From Octopus sinensis (lineage: Eukaryota): a stretch of 26,361 bases of DNA. Below the pieces are notes generated by a model that was given only the letters and a program-made list of their open reading frames with translations, had not been told where the DNA came from and made no database searches. The stretch lies in assembly GCF_006345805.1 (NCBI RefSeq), contig NW_021835614.1:1-26361 (forward strand). The letters run 5' to 3'. Positions 10,268 to 23,324 of the stretch are shown piece by piece; the stretch's first letter is position 1; every line of letters starts with the position of its first letter. The position numbers and the translations under genes were made by a program.

Positions 10268-10691
10268 CTCTTTACTCTTTTACTCTTTTACTTGTTTCAG
10301 TTATTTGACTGCGGCCATGCTGGAGCACCGCCTTTAGTCGAGCAAATCGACCCCGGGACTTATTCTTTGTAAGCCCAGTACTTATTCTATCGGTCTGTTT
10401 TGCTGAACCGCTAAGTGACGGGGATGTAAACACACCAGCATCGGTTGTCAAGCAATGCTAGGGAGACAAACACAGACACACAAACACATACACGCACGTA
10501 CATATATATATATATATATACATATATACGACAGGCTTCTTTCAGTTTCCGTCTACCAAATCCACTCACAAGGCATTGGTCGGCCCGGGGCTATAGCTGA
10601 AGACACTTGCCCAAGATGCCACGCAGTGGGACTGAACCCGGAACCATGTGGTTAGTTAGCAAGCTACTTACCACACAACCACTCCTGCGCC
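10268..10691 (-). mobile_element. tRNA-derived SINE, family 1, full length, inserted at a TATA site
   Basis: A and B boxes, CORE-like segment and (AAAAGAGT)n tail. The empty site is visible in the paralogous unit near 11195. Confidence 0.92.
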
Positions 10692-10907
10692 TATATATAG
10701 ATTTTATCCTTATATTTAATTTTAAATTTAATCGGAATATATTCAGTGCTGAATTATTTCCAATATGCACGTGTACCGAGATGTAATTTGAAAAGCCCGC
10801 TTTTCACATGGATATATAAGTGTGAATATTTCTATGTGCTATGTTGGATATATTTGGTGTTTGTCTGGTATGCGAATTTTGCTCATTTTTACGTGTTCAG
10901 ATTATGC

Positions 10908-10967
10908 CTGCACTGACGATTAGAAAGTGGATTATGTACAATAACTATGAAATCACATGATTTGCGG
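10908..10967 (+). ncRNA. Type I hammerhead ribozyme
   Basis: CUGCA CUGACGA U UAG..UUAU-guaca-AUAA CUA U GAAA UCA ca UGA UU UGCGG: intact core and all three stems can form. Predicted cleavage after AUU at 10962. Confidence 0.65.
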
Positions 10968-11788
10968 CTGAATCAGCTTTTAAGAGACGTCTTCCAACTT
11001 GCATTCCCCCGCTGTCTGTACACTACATATTTATTAAGGTTGCTTTTACTTTAAGAATCCTGTATAGTGTGAAGCATTTAAATGTGGTAATGCTTTAATA
11101 TGATAACTGTATTTAAAAGGGAATAAATTAATTATATATCTTGCATAAATTTTCCCCTTGCTTGTTTTTTTTACGCTGACTACTTAATAAATTCTTATAT
11201 AGATTTTATCCTCATATTTAATTTTATATATATGTGTGTATACTTCTTGTATGTTTATATGTAAGCTAGCATGATCTCCCTACCTCCTCTCCCAAACCAA
11301 TATAAAAAGTACATTTCTATCAACGAATATTCCAAAACTAACCTTATTTTTTAAAAATCTCTGCTATAATCCCCTTTTTATTAACAGGTGTATCTTACAC
11401 ATCATTAACCCCCTCCCCGCCCCGACACACACCTAAACTCATCATAAACTTAGAAAATTACTGAAGTTTCTCTTTATGAAATTAAGATAGTTGATTCAGC
11501 CATCTGACCATTATATTTTTCACCAAAGGTCAACTGTTCAAAAGGAACCAGAGGGTGGGCACTTTCACAAGCCCTTCATAAAAGACTCCTTAAACACTCC
11601 TCCTCACCTCAACTCCACTTTCAATCTTGCTTTTACCCTTCACTATTTTCTCTCAGCTCTTGTTCATCAACACTCCTTCACTCACACAGTTATTAACAAA
11701 CCCCAACCCCAATCCAGACACATCCAAATCTCTTATATATAGAATCCCACAGCACAACCCAACCTGATGTCAGTTTGACAATCGCCAC

Positions 11789-11936
11789 GAGCGAATGCAA
11801 GAAATTTCTCCAGAAAACATCTCCCCACCGAAGTTAACAAAGAACTCACTAGATCTGCAAACCAAACTGTAAAATTAAATTATTAAAAAACTAAAGTTAA
11901 ATTGATTAGAGTCATTCCTTTCTTTTTCAAATATAC
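11789..11936 (-). repeat. Right copy of the inverted repeat pair
   Basis: Reverse-complement homology to 9831-10005. Confidence 0.8.
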
Positions 11937-11959
11937 CTAACTGTAAAGGATTTCGTACA

Positions 11960-12002
<43 letters not shown>

Positions 12003-12006
<4 letters not shown>

Positions 12007-12240
12007 CATGCAACAACACACATACTTTTCTTCGCATTTATCTGGTCTTTCCTTCTTTTCCTCTTCCCGAGACTTTCTTTCTTTATCCGACGAAGAGCTA
12101 TACTCGAAACGTCAAATTTTTTACACCTATTTTCCTCTCAAATACTTTCACTGAGCCTCAATCCAATATATACACTCTGTACGTTCAATTGACTTTTGTT
12201 GCTTATCCTGTTCTTATTTTCTCTTTGTTCCCGAATTTGC

Positions 12241-12241
<1 letters not shown>
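12003..12241 (+). mobile_element. Penelope-like 3' remnant with a degenerate minimal hammerhead (12087-12113)
   Basis: CCGACGA A GAG ctata CTC GAAACGTC in pyrimidine-rich context, with (TA)n on both sides. Confidence 0.6.
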
Positions 12242-12271
<30 letters not shown>

Positions 12272-12484
12272 ATATATATATATGTATGTATATATACATG
12301 TATATATATATATATATGTATGTATATATGAATATATGTGTATGTATGTGTGTGTGTAATATAATATAATATAATATTATATAACGTATATTTGGTTATC
12401 GTTGTGTGGAAGTAAATTCTCTTTTAAGAAAACCTGGGAAAGGCATAAAAGTCACTATTCTATATCAACACTCTGCCCTCTTCT

Positions 12485-12660
12485 ATCTAATATTCATTGA
12501 AATCTGGCAGAGTTTTTCTTTATCGCCTTCATGAACTATCGTTTATATGAACACAGACTGGCAATAACATATTGCTTTCAGAATCCAATTTTTCAATCCA
12601 ATTCAATTATTTCGACTGCAAAATTACAAATAAAATACGAACAGACAAAGCAGAAAATAT
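12485..12660 (+). repeat. Diverged dispersed repeat, copy 1 (copy 2 at 15380-15540)
   Basis: Shared TGAACACAGACTG..ATATTGCTTTCA..AATTTTTCAAT..TATTTCGACT..GACAAA.CAGA. Confidence 0.7.
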
Positions 12661-13501
12661 TATTTCCAGACATATTGTATTTAGGACTACTTTATCAAAT
12701 GTGCAATTCTTGTTGCTGGTTAACCCTAGGCTTGCTGTTATGTAATACACCAATGATAAAAGGCGTTCTGGCCGTGGTAATCTCGTCTTTTCAGTCGTAA
12801 TGTATCTCTGACTACATTATCTGCCACGCCTCTTCAAATATAAAAGGTGGTAAGGAATGGTTTGGAAAAAAGTACATAGCTGCTATTTCTACCAGGACGA
12901 GCATTCGTACCATACACATGTTTCACAATATTTTACATTCTGTAAACAGGAAGAACAAGTATTTAGTCATGAAACCGAAAAAAACTTTGAAACATTAATA
13001 AAATGCTTAAATTTTGTTTATTATTGAGAAATTTAACACGACTTAAACTCAGTGGATTCCAAGATAGAAGAGTTGCTGGGAATTCTAATTAAGCGAAAAA
13101 TGCCTCAAAACTGACTGAGATTGGTCTGTGGGACATTAAAGACAGACATTGAATAGCATTCCATGTACGTGTACATATGTAAAATAGTAACAGGTAATAC
13201 TAAACGCTAGAAAAAGCAGTCAAAACGACCAAAACCATATTTAAGAGCAATTTCGAAGAGAAAGAAAAATAAAAACTTTTACCTTGTAATTTTTTTTACT
13301 GTTATACTTTGACATATATTAAAAGCTGAGTCCGTGTGTCCCGAAAGCTAACGATAGAGAGTTTGGCCTGAGAAATGTAAACGACAAAAATGGTGGAGCA
13401 TCTCCCGTACAGTCAACCTTGAATAACTCTCTCTTCATCTATTGCCTTTCTATCTCTTCCTCGTTCCTTCTTGTCTTTCTTGTAATCGTCCTCGCATCTC
13501 T

Positions 13502-13566
13502 CTCCCGTAGTCTACCTTGCTCTCCCTCTCACTCCCGTAGTCTACCTTGCTCTCCCTCTCACTCCC
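13502..13566 (+). repeat. Exact 30-bp tandem duplication
   Basis: CTCCCGTAGTCTACCTTGCTCTCCCTCTCA occurs twice. Confidence 0.9.
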
Positions 13567-14104
13567 ACCCAGGAAGATTTTTACTACATAATCCACTCAC
13601 CTGTCTTTGTCATAAGTCAATTACTTTCTCTCCCGTCGCCATTTCTCTCTCCTTTCCGTCCGAGGAATATTGTAAGAACAATCAAATATTTACTTTACTT
13701 CTGCGTTACTTCTATGCATAACTGTCCCTTGGTCTGTTCCGTGTATTTCAGTTGTAATACCATAATATAGATTTTTTTCTTTCGTCCTTCGTATATTTGT
13801 TGTCCGCCCGATGTCATCTGACTCTATGTACATAGTGTTCCGTGTTTTGTTTCATTTTTTTCTTCTGCTGAAATATCTGAATCCATTTTTCATATCCTTT
13901 CCTGTCGCCCTGTTCTTACTACATTATTCATTAGCAACATTTTTTCTTCCATCTGCTGACATTACTGAATAGCAATGATCTTGTAAGGTGGCAAAATCAC
14001 CACTATCTCGAAAACGGCAGATGATAAACGTTGACTTCTTTCCTTGATCATTTCCTGTTGGATTTGAGTCCCATAAAGCTTACGATCATGAGACCGTGGG
14101 TTCG

Positions 14105-14778
14105 GTTTTCGGACCAGGTTACCCATTGTGCCTTTGTGTTTCAACTAGGCGACCCCTTGTGTCCTTGTGTTCCGACCAAGTGACGCATTGTGTCATTGCT
14201 TTTGAACCGGGCGACCCATTGTGTCCTTGCATTCGGAGCAGGCGATCCATTGTGTCCTTGCGTTTGGAGCAGGCGACCCATTGTGTCATTGCGTTCGGAC
14301 CAGGGGACTCATTGTGTCCTTGCGTTCGGACCAGGGGACCCATTGTGTCCTTGCGTTCGGACCAGGGGACCCATTGTGTCCTTGCATTTGAACCGGGTGA
14401 CCCATTGTTTCCTTGCATTCGGACCAGGGGACCCATTGTGTCCTTGCGTTCGGAGCAGGCGACCCATTGTGTCCTTGCGTTTGGAGCAGGCGACCCATTG
14501 TGTCCTTGCGTTCGGACCAGACGACTCATTGTGTCCTTGCGTTCGGACCAGGGGACTCATTGTGTCCTTGCGTTCGGACCAGGGGACCCATTGTGTCCTT
14601 GCGTTCGGACCAGGGGACCCATTGTGTCCTTGCGTTCGGACCAGGGGATCCATTGTGTCCTTGCGTTTGGAGCAGGCGACCTATTGTGTCCTTGCGTTCG
14701 GAGCAGGCGACCCATTGTGTCCTTGCATTTGGAGCAGGTGACCCATTGTGTCCTTGCGTTTGGAGCAGGCGACCCATT
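14105..14778. repeat. GC-rich 31-bp minisatellite, about 22 units
   Basis: Unit CCCATTGTGTCCTTGCGTTCGGACCAGGGGA with variants ...GGAGCAGGCGA and 30-bp ...TGAACCGGGYGA. Most degenerate at the left edge. Confidence 0.95.
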
Positions 14779-15218
14779 ATTGTCAAAATGAGTACAAGGC
14801 GAATGTTGGTGCAACCCTCTCTTCTTCCATCTGTTACATTCTCAGTGTTTCGCTGTGTCATGTATGACAGGATCAAGAATATCGACCCGTGGCTACATAG
14901 GCACCCAAAACAATTACCGGAAGCACAGTACAAGTTACAAAGTCATACTCGCTTGCGAGTGACAGCTGTGATTGGTTTGTGATTGGTTTGGTTTGTTTAT
15001 GTTGTTCAAATATATTTTACTGGCCACTGATTATTTCTCTTAGATTTTCGTTCAAATTATGTAAATTACCTACGCCACAAATGTGTTCTAGTCCCTTTTG
15101 TATAAGTCTAAGTCCCAAGGTTACTGCAGATATGTTTGAGCAACTGTGCTGACGATGGCTATTGAGCTAGAAACACGTTTCCACTACTGTCCTCTTATCT
15201 CCAGAGCAGAAGCCTCTA

Positions 15219-15223
<5 letters not shown>

Positions 15224-15254
<31 letters not shown>

Positions 15255-15346
15255 TGTATGTATGTATGTATGTATGTATGTATGTATGTATGTATGTATG
15301 TATGTATGTATGTATGTATGTATGTATGTATGTATGTATGTATGTA
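15224..15346. repeat. (TATG)n microsatellite
   Basis: Directly visible. Confidence 0.95.
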
Positions 15347-15379
15347 TACACACATATATATATATGCATTCTTTCCTCA

Positions 15380-15540
15380 CTCATTTGATATTCACTAAAA
15401 TCTATCTTTTCTCACTAATGTCTCTGTGAACACAGACTGACGTGATATATTGCTTTCACAATTGAATTTTTCAATTCAACTATTTCGACTACGAAATCAC
15501 ATCAAAACGCAATTGTATGAACTGACAAAACAGACATTTG
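15380..15540 (+). repeat. Diverged dispersed repeat, copy 2
   Basis: Aligns by eye with 12485-12660. Confidence 0.7.
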
Positions 15541-16020
15541 GGTTAACTCCATCGTTGAGTTGGCTGACTTGTTAGAACGTCTGACGTAATTATTTATGAT
15601 GCCTGTTATTGTGCTTTGAGTTCAAATCCCACCGTGGTAAACGTTGTTCAATGTTGTTACCAAAGCAAGGACATAGCTTCTAGTTGAAACAAGAAAAAGT
15701 AAACTTGTGTAAAGATATTTGTTTTTAGAATTACATTATTAAATGTGTAGCCGGAGTATTTAACAATTCCAAAACTTAAAAACCGAACCCGGATCGCTAT
15801 ATCCGATGCAGAAAAGCAACAAAAGATCACGGTCGCAATTTGATAAAACATTACCAACATCATCAAAAATATCTGACCGTTTAAGAACCGCATCTAATAA
15901 CAATTTCCTCTCTAGAATAGCTTTTCTGACCCAAACCATCACTATATATATAATATATATATAGCGCATTTTAGCCCACACATATATATATTTTAGCCAT
16001 ATATATATATATATATATGG

Positions 16021-16091
<71 letters not shown>

Positions 16092-16108
16092 TATATATAT
16101 ATATATAA

Positions 16109-16266
16109 TACAAAATGGGACAAGAACGCAAAACATCGGACAACTAGGTGATACACAAAGGGACGAACCAAAGATAGACGATACAAAGAAAACAAGGACG
16201 GGTCATTCGAAGTTTTCTATCTTCAGTCAAGAACCAGAATATCCTCGCAATTTCGGCTGTTTGTAT
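16109..16266 (-). mobile_element. Short repeat remnant inside (TA)n, possibly a Penelope-like 3' end
   Basis: (TA)n on both sides and a pyrimidine-rich minus strand like the other remnants. Only a partial hammerhead-like word is present. Confidence 0.35.
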
Positions 16267-16274
16267 TATATATA

Positions 16275-16312
<38 letters not shown>

Positions 16313-16353
16313 CAGCATACGTATACTTTGTTCTTTTATATGTAAGTACACAT

Positions 16354-16400
<47 letters not shown>

Positions 16401-16965
16401 GCGCATTTTTGCCGCAGCGACCAGGCGGCTGGTAGCAATCAGAAGATATAGAGATAGTGGACAACAGCAGCAGACCACGGCACTGTCACAACACAAAAAC
16501 AATGGACGTACCGGCAGCCATACACCATGACCGACTAACTTCAAGAAACTCATGATGGCCATTGATATCATACATTGTCCATCAATAATAAGCTTCGAAC
16601 TATCTCGGTGTAGACACCATTTCTTTGTCATCGGTTGTAGCGACAGCATTCATCTTGGTAACGATAAAAATAGATATTTTTGCATTAAAATCCCCAGCAG
16701 AATTTGTGTTACTGATAGTAACAAATGTTTAATACTTGTTGAATCAGCTAGACCTGATTCCACAGAGCATCTGAGCAGAGCTATCTTGTCTTTTTGGTCG
16801 CAGTGTATCTCTGACTGCGTTATCCAGTAAGTTTATTCCAGTATTTAAACAGTTGAAAACAGCAAATACTAATTTGGAAGATATTTGGCTGCTATTTCTA
16901 TAAAGGCGAACGTCCCCGTTTCTTTTTTGCCGTTTCATCCCTAGGTTTCACTTCATTTAAGATAT

Positions 16966-17096
16966 TTACTTCTTTATTGCCCACAGGGGGCTAAACATAG
17001 AGGGGACCAAACAAGGACAAAGGGATTAAGTCGATTACATCGACCTCAGTGCGTAACTGGTACTTATTTAATCGACCCCGATTCTGCCAGCTCGCT
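16966..17096 (-). mobile_element. SINE family 2 with internal deletion
   Basis: Matches the tail of 18463-18679 and the head ATTCTGCCAGCTCGC. Confidence 0.8.
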
Positions 17097-17548
17097 GCTT
17101 TATCCTCATTTAAGATATTGAAAACAAAAAGGGCAAGTATTTTTATAAAATATAACCAAATAAAACAGTGAAACAAAAGGGAAAAAAACCAAAAAAAACA
17201 TCCCAAAACATTTATTTGTTGTGTCATTGTTAAATATGGTACTTCTTCGAGTCAATGAATTCTAAGATACCAGAGGTGATAAACATAACAAGCAAAATAT
17301 ATCAGTCAAGAACAGAAAGACAAAAAAAAAAAAAACAACTTAAAAACAGTGGCACTCATATAATTTCGCTGGTCGAGTATACTTGATGGAGTGGAAATCG
17401 GTAGCGATTTACAATAAGCTTTCTAGAAAAGATTCTACGGAATAATTACACACACACACACACACATACACACTCACACGTATACATATCCAGAATACAT
17501 GCATATAAATATATATATATATGTATACACACACATACATACATACCT

Positions 17549-17579
<31 letters not shown>

Positions 17580-18113
17580 TATCACAAATGTTGGGTTGTA
17601 TTATAACTGAGTGTAAAGAAAATAATTGTAGCAACAAACATGTGAAATTGAACGTAACTTAGACGGTTGCCCCGAGATATCGAACGACTAATGCATAAAA
17701 TTCATTTCCACTCCCGGCTCTGAAGCATCGCTCGGTTACGATACAGCCGACGGCAACTGTTAATTCTGTTAGCACGTTCGAGGTTGGTGGATATACACTC
17801 CATTGTTTAAAAGTGATTATATAATTTGACAAATTACTGCTTTAAACGTGAGAGCTGCATTACATCTAAATACTTATGGCGTAAAAGTTTTCGTATCCAT
17901 TCTTTTGATAGAAGAATGGATGTGAAAAAAAAGAGACGTATTGCTTACATTGCAGAATTTTAATTTAAAACAAGAGAAATTTGTCGAAATTTAGCCATAA
18001 ATAGAGAAAATAAAATAAATTTACTGATTTAGCTATAAAAAATTCGGGCAACATTAATTTGAGTATTTGATATAGTATACTACTGAAGTAAAAATGGCGT
18101 ATGAGTTTGTGCG

Positions 18114-18171
18114 TATACATACACACACACACACATACATACATACATACATACATACATACATACATACA

Positions 18172-18205
<34 letters not shown>

Positions 18206-18366
18206 CATACATACATACATACATATATACATACATATATACATACATACATATATACATACATACATATATACATACATACATACATACATATATATAT
18301 ACATACATACATATATACATACATACATACATATATACATACATATATACATACATACATATATAT

Positions 18367-18397
<31 letters not shown>

Positions 18398-18424
18398 CAT
18401 ACATACATACATACATACATACAT
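18114..18424. repeat. (TACA/TATA)n microsatellite
   Basis: Directly visible. Confidence 0.95.
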
Positions 18425-18462
18425 GGATCCCGGCCTTTTTACACCTACGGATTACTGTTACC

Positions 18463-18679
18463 TATTTCTTTACTACCCACAAGGGGCTAAACACAGAGGA
18501 GACAAATAAGGACAGACAAAGGGATTAAGTCGATTACATTGACCCCAGGGCCGATGTCATCCCGAAAGAATGAAAGGCAAAATCGACCTCGGCGGAATTT
18601 GAACTCAGAACGTAACGGCAGACAAAATACGGCTACGCATTTCGCCCGGCGTGCTAACGATTCTGCCTGCTCGCCGCCT
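18463..18679 (-). mobile_element. SINE family 2 with a 17-bp flanking duplication
   Basis: RC head AGGCGGCGAGCAGGCAGAATCG and B box GAGTTCAAATTCC. TACGGATTACTGTTACC occurs at 18446-18462 and 18691-18707. Confidence 0.9.
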
Positions 18680-18859
18680 TCTATTACCATTACGGATTAC
18701 TGTTACCATTCACCTGGAGTATGCCACTGTAATTGTGATTGGAGATCATCAAAAAATTTGTTCGTGACTCTTCCGCTTCTTCTCGTCCTCTTTTTACCTG
18801 TCTTCTTTCTTCTACTTCTACTTTTCTCCTTTTGTCACCACCATTTACACCTACACCGA

Positions 18860-19180
18860 CATTCACACCCTCTCACCATGCCTGACCTCCACTCCTTCCT
18901 CCAACACCTTCAATCCCTTCTCTTGCCTTTTTTCTTGCCCTCTCCTGTCTTTGAAAGAATTTTTTCTTCACCCATTCCCTTCCGGTCAGTTCAATATGTG
19001 ACCGCGTGTGAACCGTTGGCGATTTTCTTTCTCCGTCTTCCCTTCCTGGGATCTTTCCTTTTCCTATGTTTCTGACGAAAAGCTCCGCTCGAAACGTTAT
19101 ATCCTTCTTTCTTTCCTTTCCTGAGCATCCAATAACACTATACTTGTTCCACGTCCTCGCGTTGTAGTCTTTTCTACATT
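18860..19180 (+). mobile_element. Penelope-like remnant with a minimal hammerhead (19068-19101)
   Basis: GTTT CTGACGA AA AGC tcc GCTC GAAACGTTA with palindromic AACGTT stem III, ending at (TA)/(TACA)n. Upstream DLHSFLQHLQS weakly resembles PLE RT. Confidence 0.65.
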
Positions 19181-19395
19181 ATATACATACATACATACAT
19201 GCATACATACATACATAATACATACATACATACATACATACATACATACATACATACATACATACATAATACATACATACATACATACATACATACATAA
19301 TACATACATACATACATACATACATAATACATACATACATACATACATATATACATACATACATGCATGCATACATACATATATACATACATACA

Positions 19396-19429
<34 letters not shown>

Positions 19430-19510
19430 CATACATACATGCATGCATACATACATACATACATACATACATACATACATACATACATACATACGTATAT
19501 ATATACATAC
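19180..19510. repeat. (TACA)n microsatellite
   Basis: Directly visible. Confidence 0.95.
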
Positions 19511-19544
19511 CTATACTGTATATGTCTGTATAAATATGTATACA

Positions 19545-19702
19545 TAGGCACAGGCGTGGCTTTGTGATGAGAAGCTTGCTTCCCAGCCACGTGGTTCCGG
19601 GTTCAGTCCCACTGCATGGAACCTTGGGCAAATGTCTTCTACTATAACCTCGAGCCAACCAAACCTTGTGAGAGGATTTGGTTGATGGAAACTGAAAGAC
19701 GC
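19545..19702 (+). mobile_element. SINE family 1 tRNA head and CORE-like part
   Basis: AGGCACAGGCGTGGCTTTGTG..GGTTCCGGGTTCAGTCCCACTGC..CCTTGGGCAAATGTCTTCTACTATA. Confidence 0.85.
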
Positions 19703-20025
19703 TAATAATACATATATATATATATATGTATATATTTGTATATATACGACTGGCTTCTTTAAGTTTCATATTTGTATGTATAGGGCGGTCTTCTTTCAGT
19801 TTCGGTCTACCAAATCCACTCACACGCGCGCGTGTGTGTGAGTGTATAAATATAGATATATATGTATTCCATGTGACAGGTTTGATAATCGTTAAGGAAT
19901 ATCTCTCCGAACGTGAAACCAATGGGAGCCTCTTTAACCCACAAGTAAAAAGTATTTATCCACCAATGCGTTATTTAGTACTCATTCTCATTTTGATATC
20001 AGCTTTGATATCTCGTTTGATACCA

Positions 20026-20048
20026 ATGTGTGTGTGTATGTATGTGTG

Positions 20049-20094
<46 letters not shown>

Positions 20095-20096
20095 TA

Positions 20097-20163
<67 letters not shown>

Positions 20164-20234
20164 CATATATATTATATATATATATATATACATATATATA
20201 TGTATAAATGTGTATATATAAATATTATACATTT

Positions 20235-20309
<75 letters not shown>

Positions 20310-20380
20310 GTTTATATATATATTCGTTTGTTTATACATATATAAACAAATGTGTGTGTGTGTGTGTGTATATATATATT
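20026..20380. repeat. (TA)n-rich microsatellite
   Basis: Directly visible. Confidence 0.95.
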
Positions 20381-21109
20381 TTATATGACTATATACATAT
20401 GAATTTTCTTGCATAGACAAATACACACATACCCACACATACATATCAATAAACAAGTGTTATTGTGTATGTATGTTTGTGTTAAGATGTTCTCTGCCTT
20501 TCTTAATATTCGCGTTCTATGTTTCAAGATGAATTTGCGTACTGTGTACTGGTGAGCAAATAATAAACATGCTAGATTGTGTCGTTTCGGTATTTTTGCG
20601 ATTACGAAAGTCAAACAGGCCAATTTTCGTCATCCCACTGTGTATTGTACACTTTATGGCAAGAAAACGACGTGAAATGCCATTTACTGTGAACAGCAAA
20701 AGACCTTTGAATTAACGAAAAAGTCGCTTGATTTCTTGCTTGCTAGAAACTTAACTGGGAGCGCAAAATATCTGTCAAATATCTTTGGTCACACGGGTTT
20801 GGATTCTAAATTACTAATTATATATCTGGCTTTCATCAAAGCTTTCCCGCCTAATATAGCTTCTAGAAAGATGTCCGATCCCCAGCAACGTTAGCGGAAA
20901 AATCCGTGATGCGATATTCCAATTGCAGCTGAAATGTCCCTGGTGATCTGAGTTAAGATGTAATATAAAATTTGTTAGAAGTCTTTTGTTGTTTGTTTTT
21001 ATTATCGGAGATATGGAGTCATTGGAACGATAAATCTAACAGCAATTCTCAAATGAAAAATGCGATAAAAGCTGACCCCTCCCTTCTAACACAAATATAG
21101 TCATATCCA

Positions 21110-21518
<409 letters not shown>

Positions 21519-21950
21519 GTTTCTCCGAGTCTTTCCAACACCCATATAACTGTGAGCTTGTTTTTTCTAACTATATATCTAACTAGCCAATCTGCTAGAA
21601 ACAGCAGCTGAATATCCTTCACATCATATATACTCTGTCGTGTTAGCTATCTGATATTACAGTCCTGGATGATATTATCTATGTTCAAATTATAAGATCG
21701 TCATAGACTCTATGTTCATACGCATGTATGTATGTATGTATGTATGTACTCATTAATATTATCTACATTCTGACTCAGTTCTTCGTGATGTTGTTCTTGT
21801 TACTGTCGCTCCTATTTGGTGAGTATTCTGCCTTGTAATTATCTGTGTGTCTCCATAGGTGAATGTATATACGCATATATGGAAATACATACATAAATAT
21901 ATACATATATATGCATACAAATATATACATATATATATATATATATATGC

Positions 21951-22371
<421 letters not shown>

Positions 22372-22486
22372 TTGTGTGTGCGTGCATGTGTATGAATGAG
22401 CGCTTGTATGTATGCATACATATATATATATAAATATAAGCACATAAATACACATGTATAAATATATATGTATATTTATATACACA

Positions 22487-22700
22487 CGAGGGGATGCTGA
22501 AAAGTTCCTGGTTTTGGGTAAAAGAAAATAGAGGAGGATCAGTAGTTAATTATAATTTTATTCAACACATTCCGCTCTCGGATTCACACATTTATTGCAG
22601 CAGTCCTTCAGTTTTTCTGAGCCCTGTAAAAGAACTCGGAAGGTTGGGCCTCCAACCAGGCCTTTCCGAAACCCTTAAAGCCAGGAACTTTTATCACCCC

Positions 22701-22703
<3 letters not shown>
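22487..22703. mobile_element. mariner-like MITE
   Basis: Imperfect TIRs CGAGGGGATGCTGAAAAGTTCCTGG / CCAGGAACTTTTATCACCCCTG in TA-rich context. Confidence 0.7.
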
Positions 22704-22767
<64 letters not shown>

Positions 22768-22771
<4 letters not shown>

Positions 22772-22940
22772 AGAATTCACAAAAAAAAACAAAAGCGAAG
22801 TTAGGTGGTGTAGACAACAAACAGATGTATTAGTCTAATGCTTGGGAAGTGAAAAAGTTTTTAACGTTTCGAGCCTACGCTCTTCCACAGAAAGGAACAC
22901 AGAAAGAAACAAGGAGAGAATAAAGAATGTGTAGTGCTAG
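22768..22940 (-). mobile_element. Penelope-like 3' remnant with a variant hammerhead (22859-22893)
   Basis: RC: UUU CUGUGGA A GAGC guag GCUC GAAACGUUA AAA. The 3' end is at (TA)n. Homologous to 25190-25353. Confidence 0.6.
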
Positions 22941-22969
22941 CTATACGCACACACACCACACACACACAC

Positions 22970-23024
<55 letters not shown>

Positions 23025-23324
23025 ATATATATATAGATATATATAATAATATATATATATATATATAATATATATAATAATATATATATATATACAAAAG
23101 AGATACCGAAGAATAGGATATCTGACTCGCTAGAAAGAGCAGTTAAACCTCTAAGCCACCAATTGTTGTAATTCCGAAAGTGATTGAAAAATAAAAACTT
23201 TTACCCTAATCCTAGACCCTGCAAGGTTTCTGCAGACTTAAATACAGACTGAAATAAGATAATTTCTGTATATATTTGGCGCTGCGTCATATATATATAT
23301 ATATATATAATTAACATGCCTAAT

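Larger units (their letters stand above)
10031..11225 (+). mobile_element. Tandem ~500-nt repeat with a hammerhead at the junction (retrozyme or PLE pLTR-like)
   Basis: 10031-10267 plus 10692-10723 align with 10962-11225 (TTGCGGCTGAATC...TTAAGAGACG...ACGCTGACTACTT...TATAGATTTTATCC). A SINE interrupts the first unit. Confidence 0.65.

Noticed and set aside
14096-14982. CRISPR array or Cys-rich repeat protein in the 31-bp array
   Set aside because: Units are contiguous with no unique spacers and no cas genes. ORFs on both strands arise because the unit has no stop codon.
16195-16230. Minus-strand CUGAAGA...GAAU hammerhead-like word
   Set aside because: GAAU replaces GAAA and there is no convincing stem I or II.
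19545-19620. tRNA gene
   Set aside because: The A and B boxes belong to a SINE head that continues into the SINE body.
20381-20699. Possible GIY-YIG or other coding remnant
   Set aside because: No diagnostic motif found in the frames examined.
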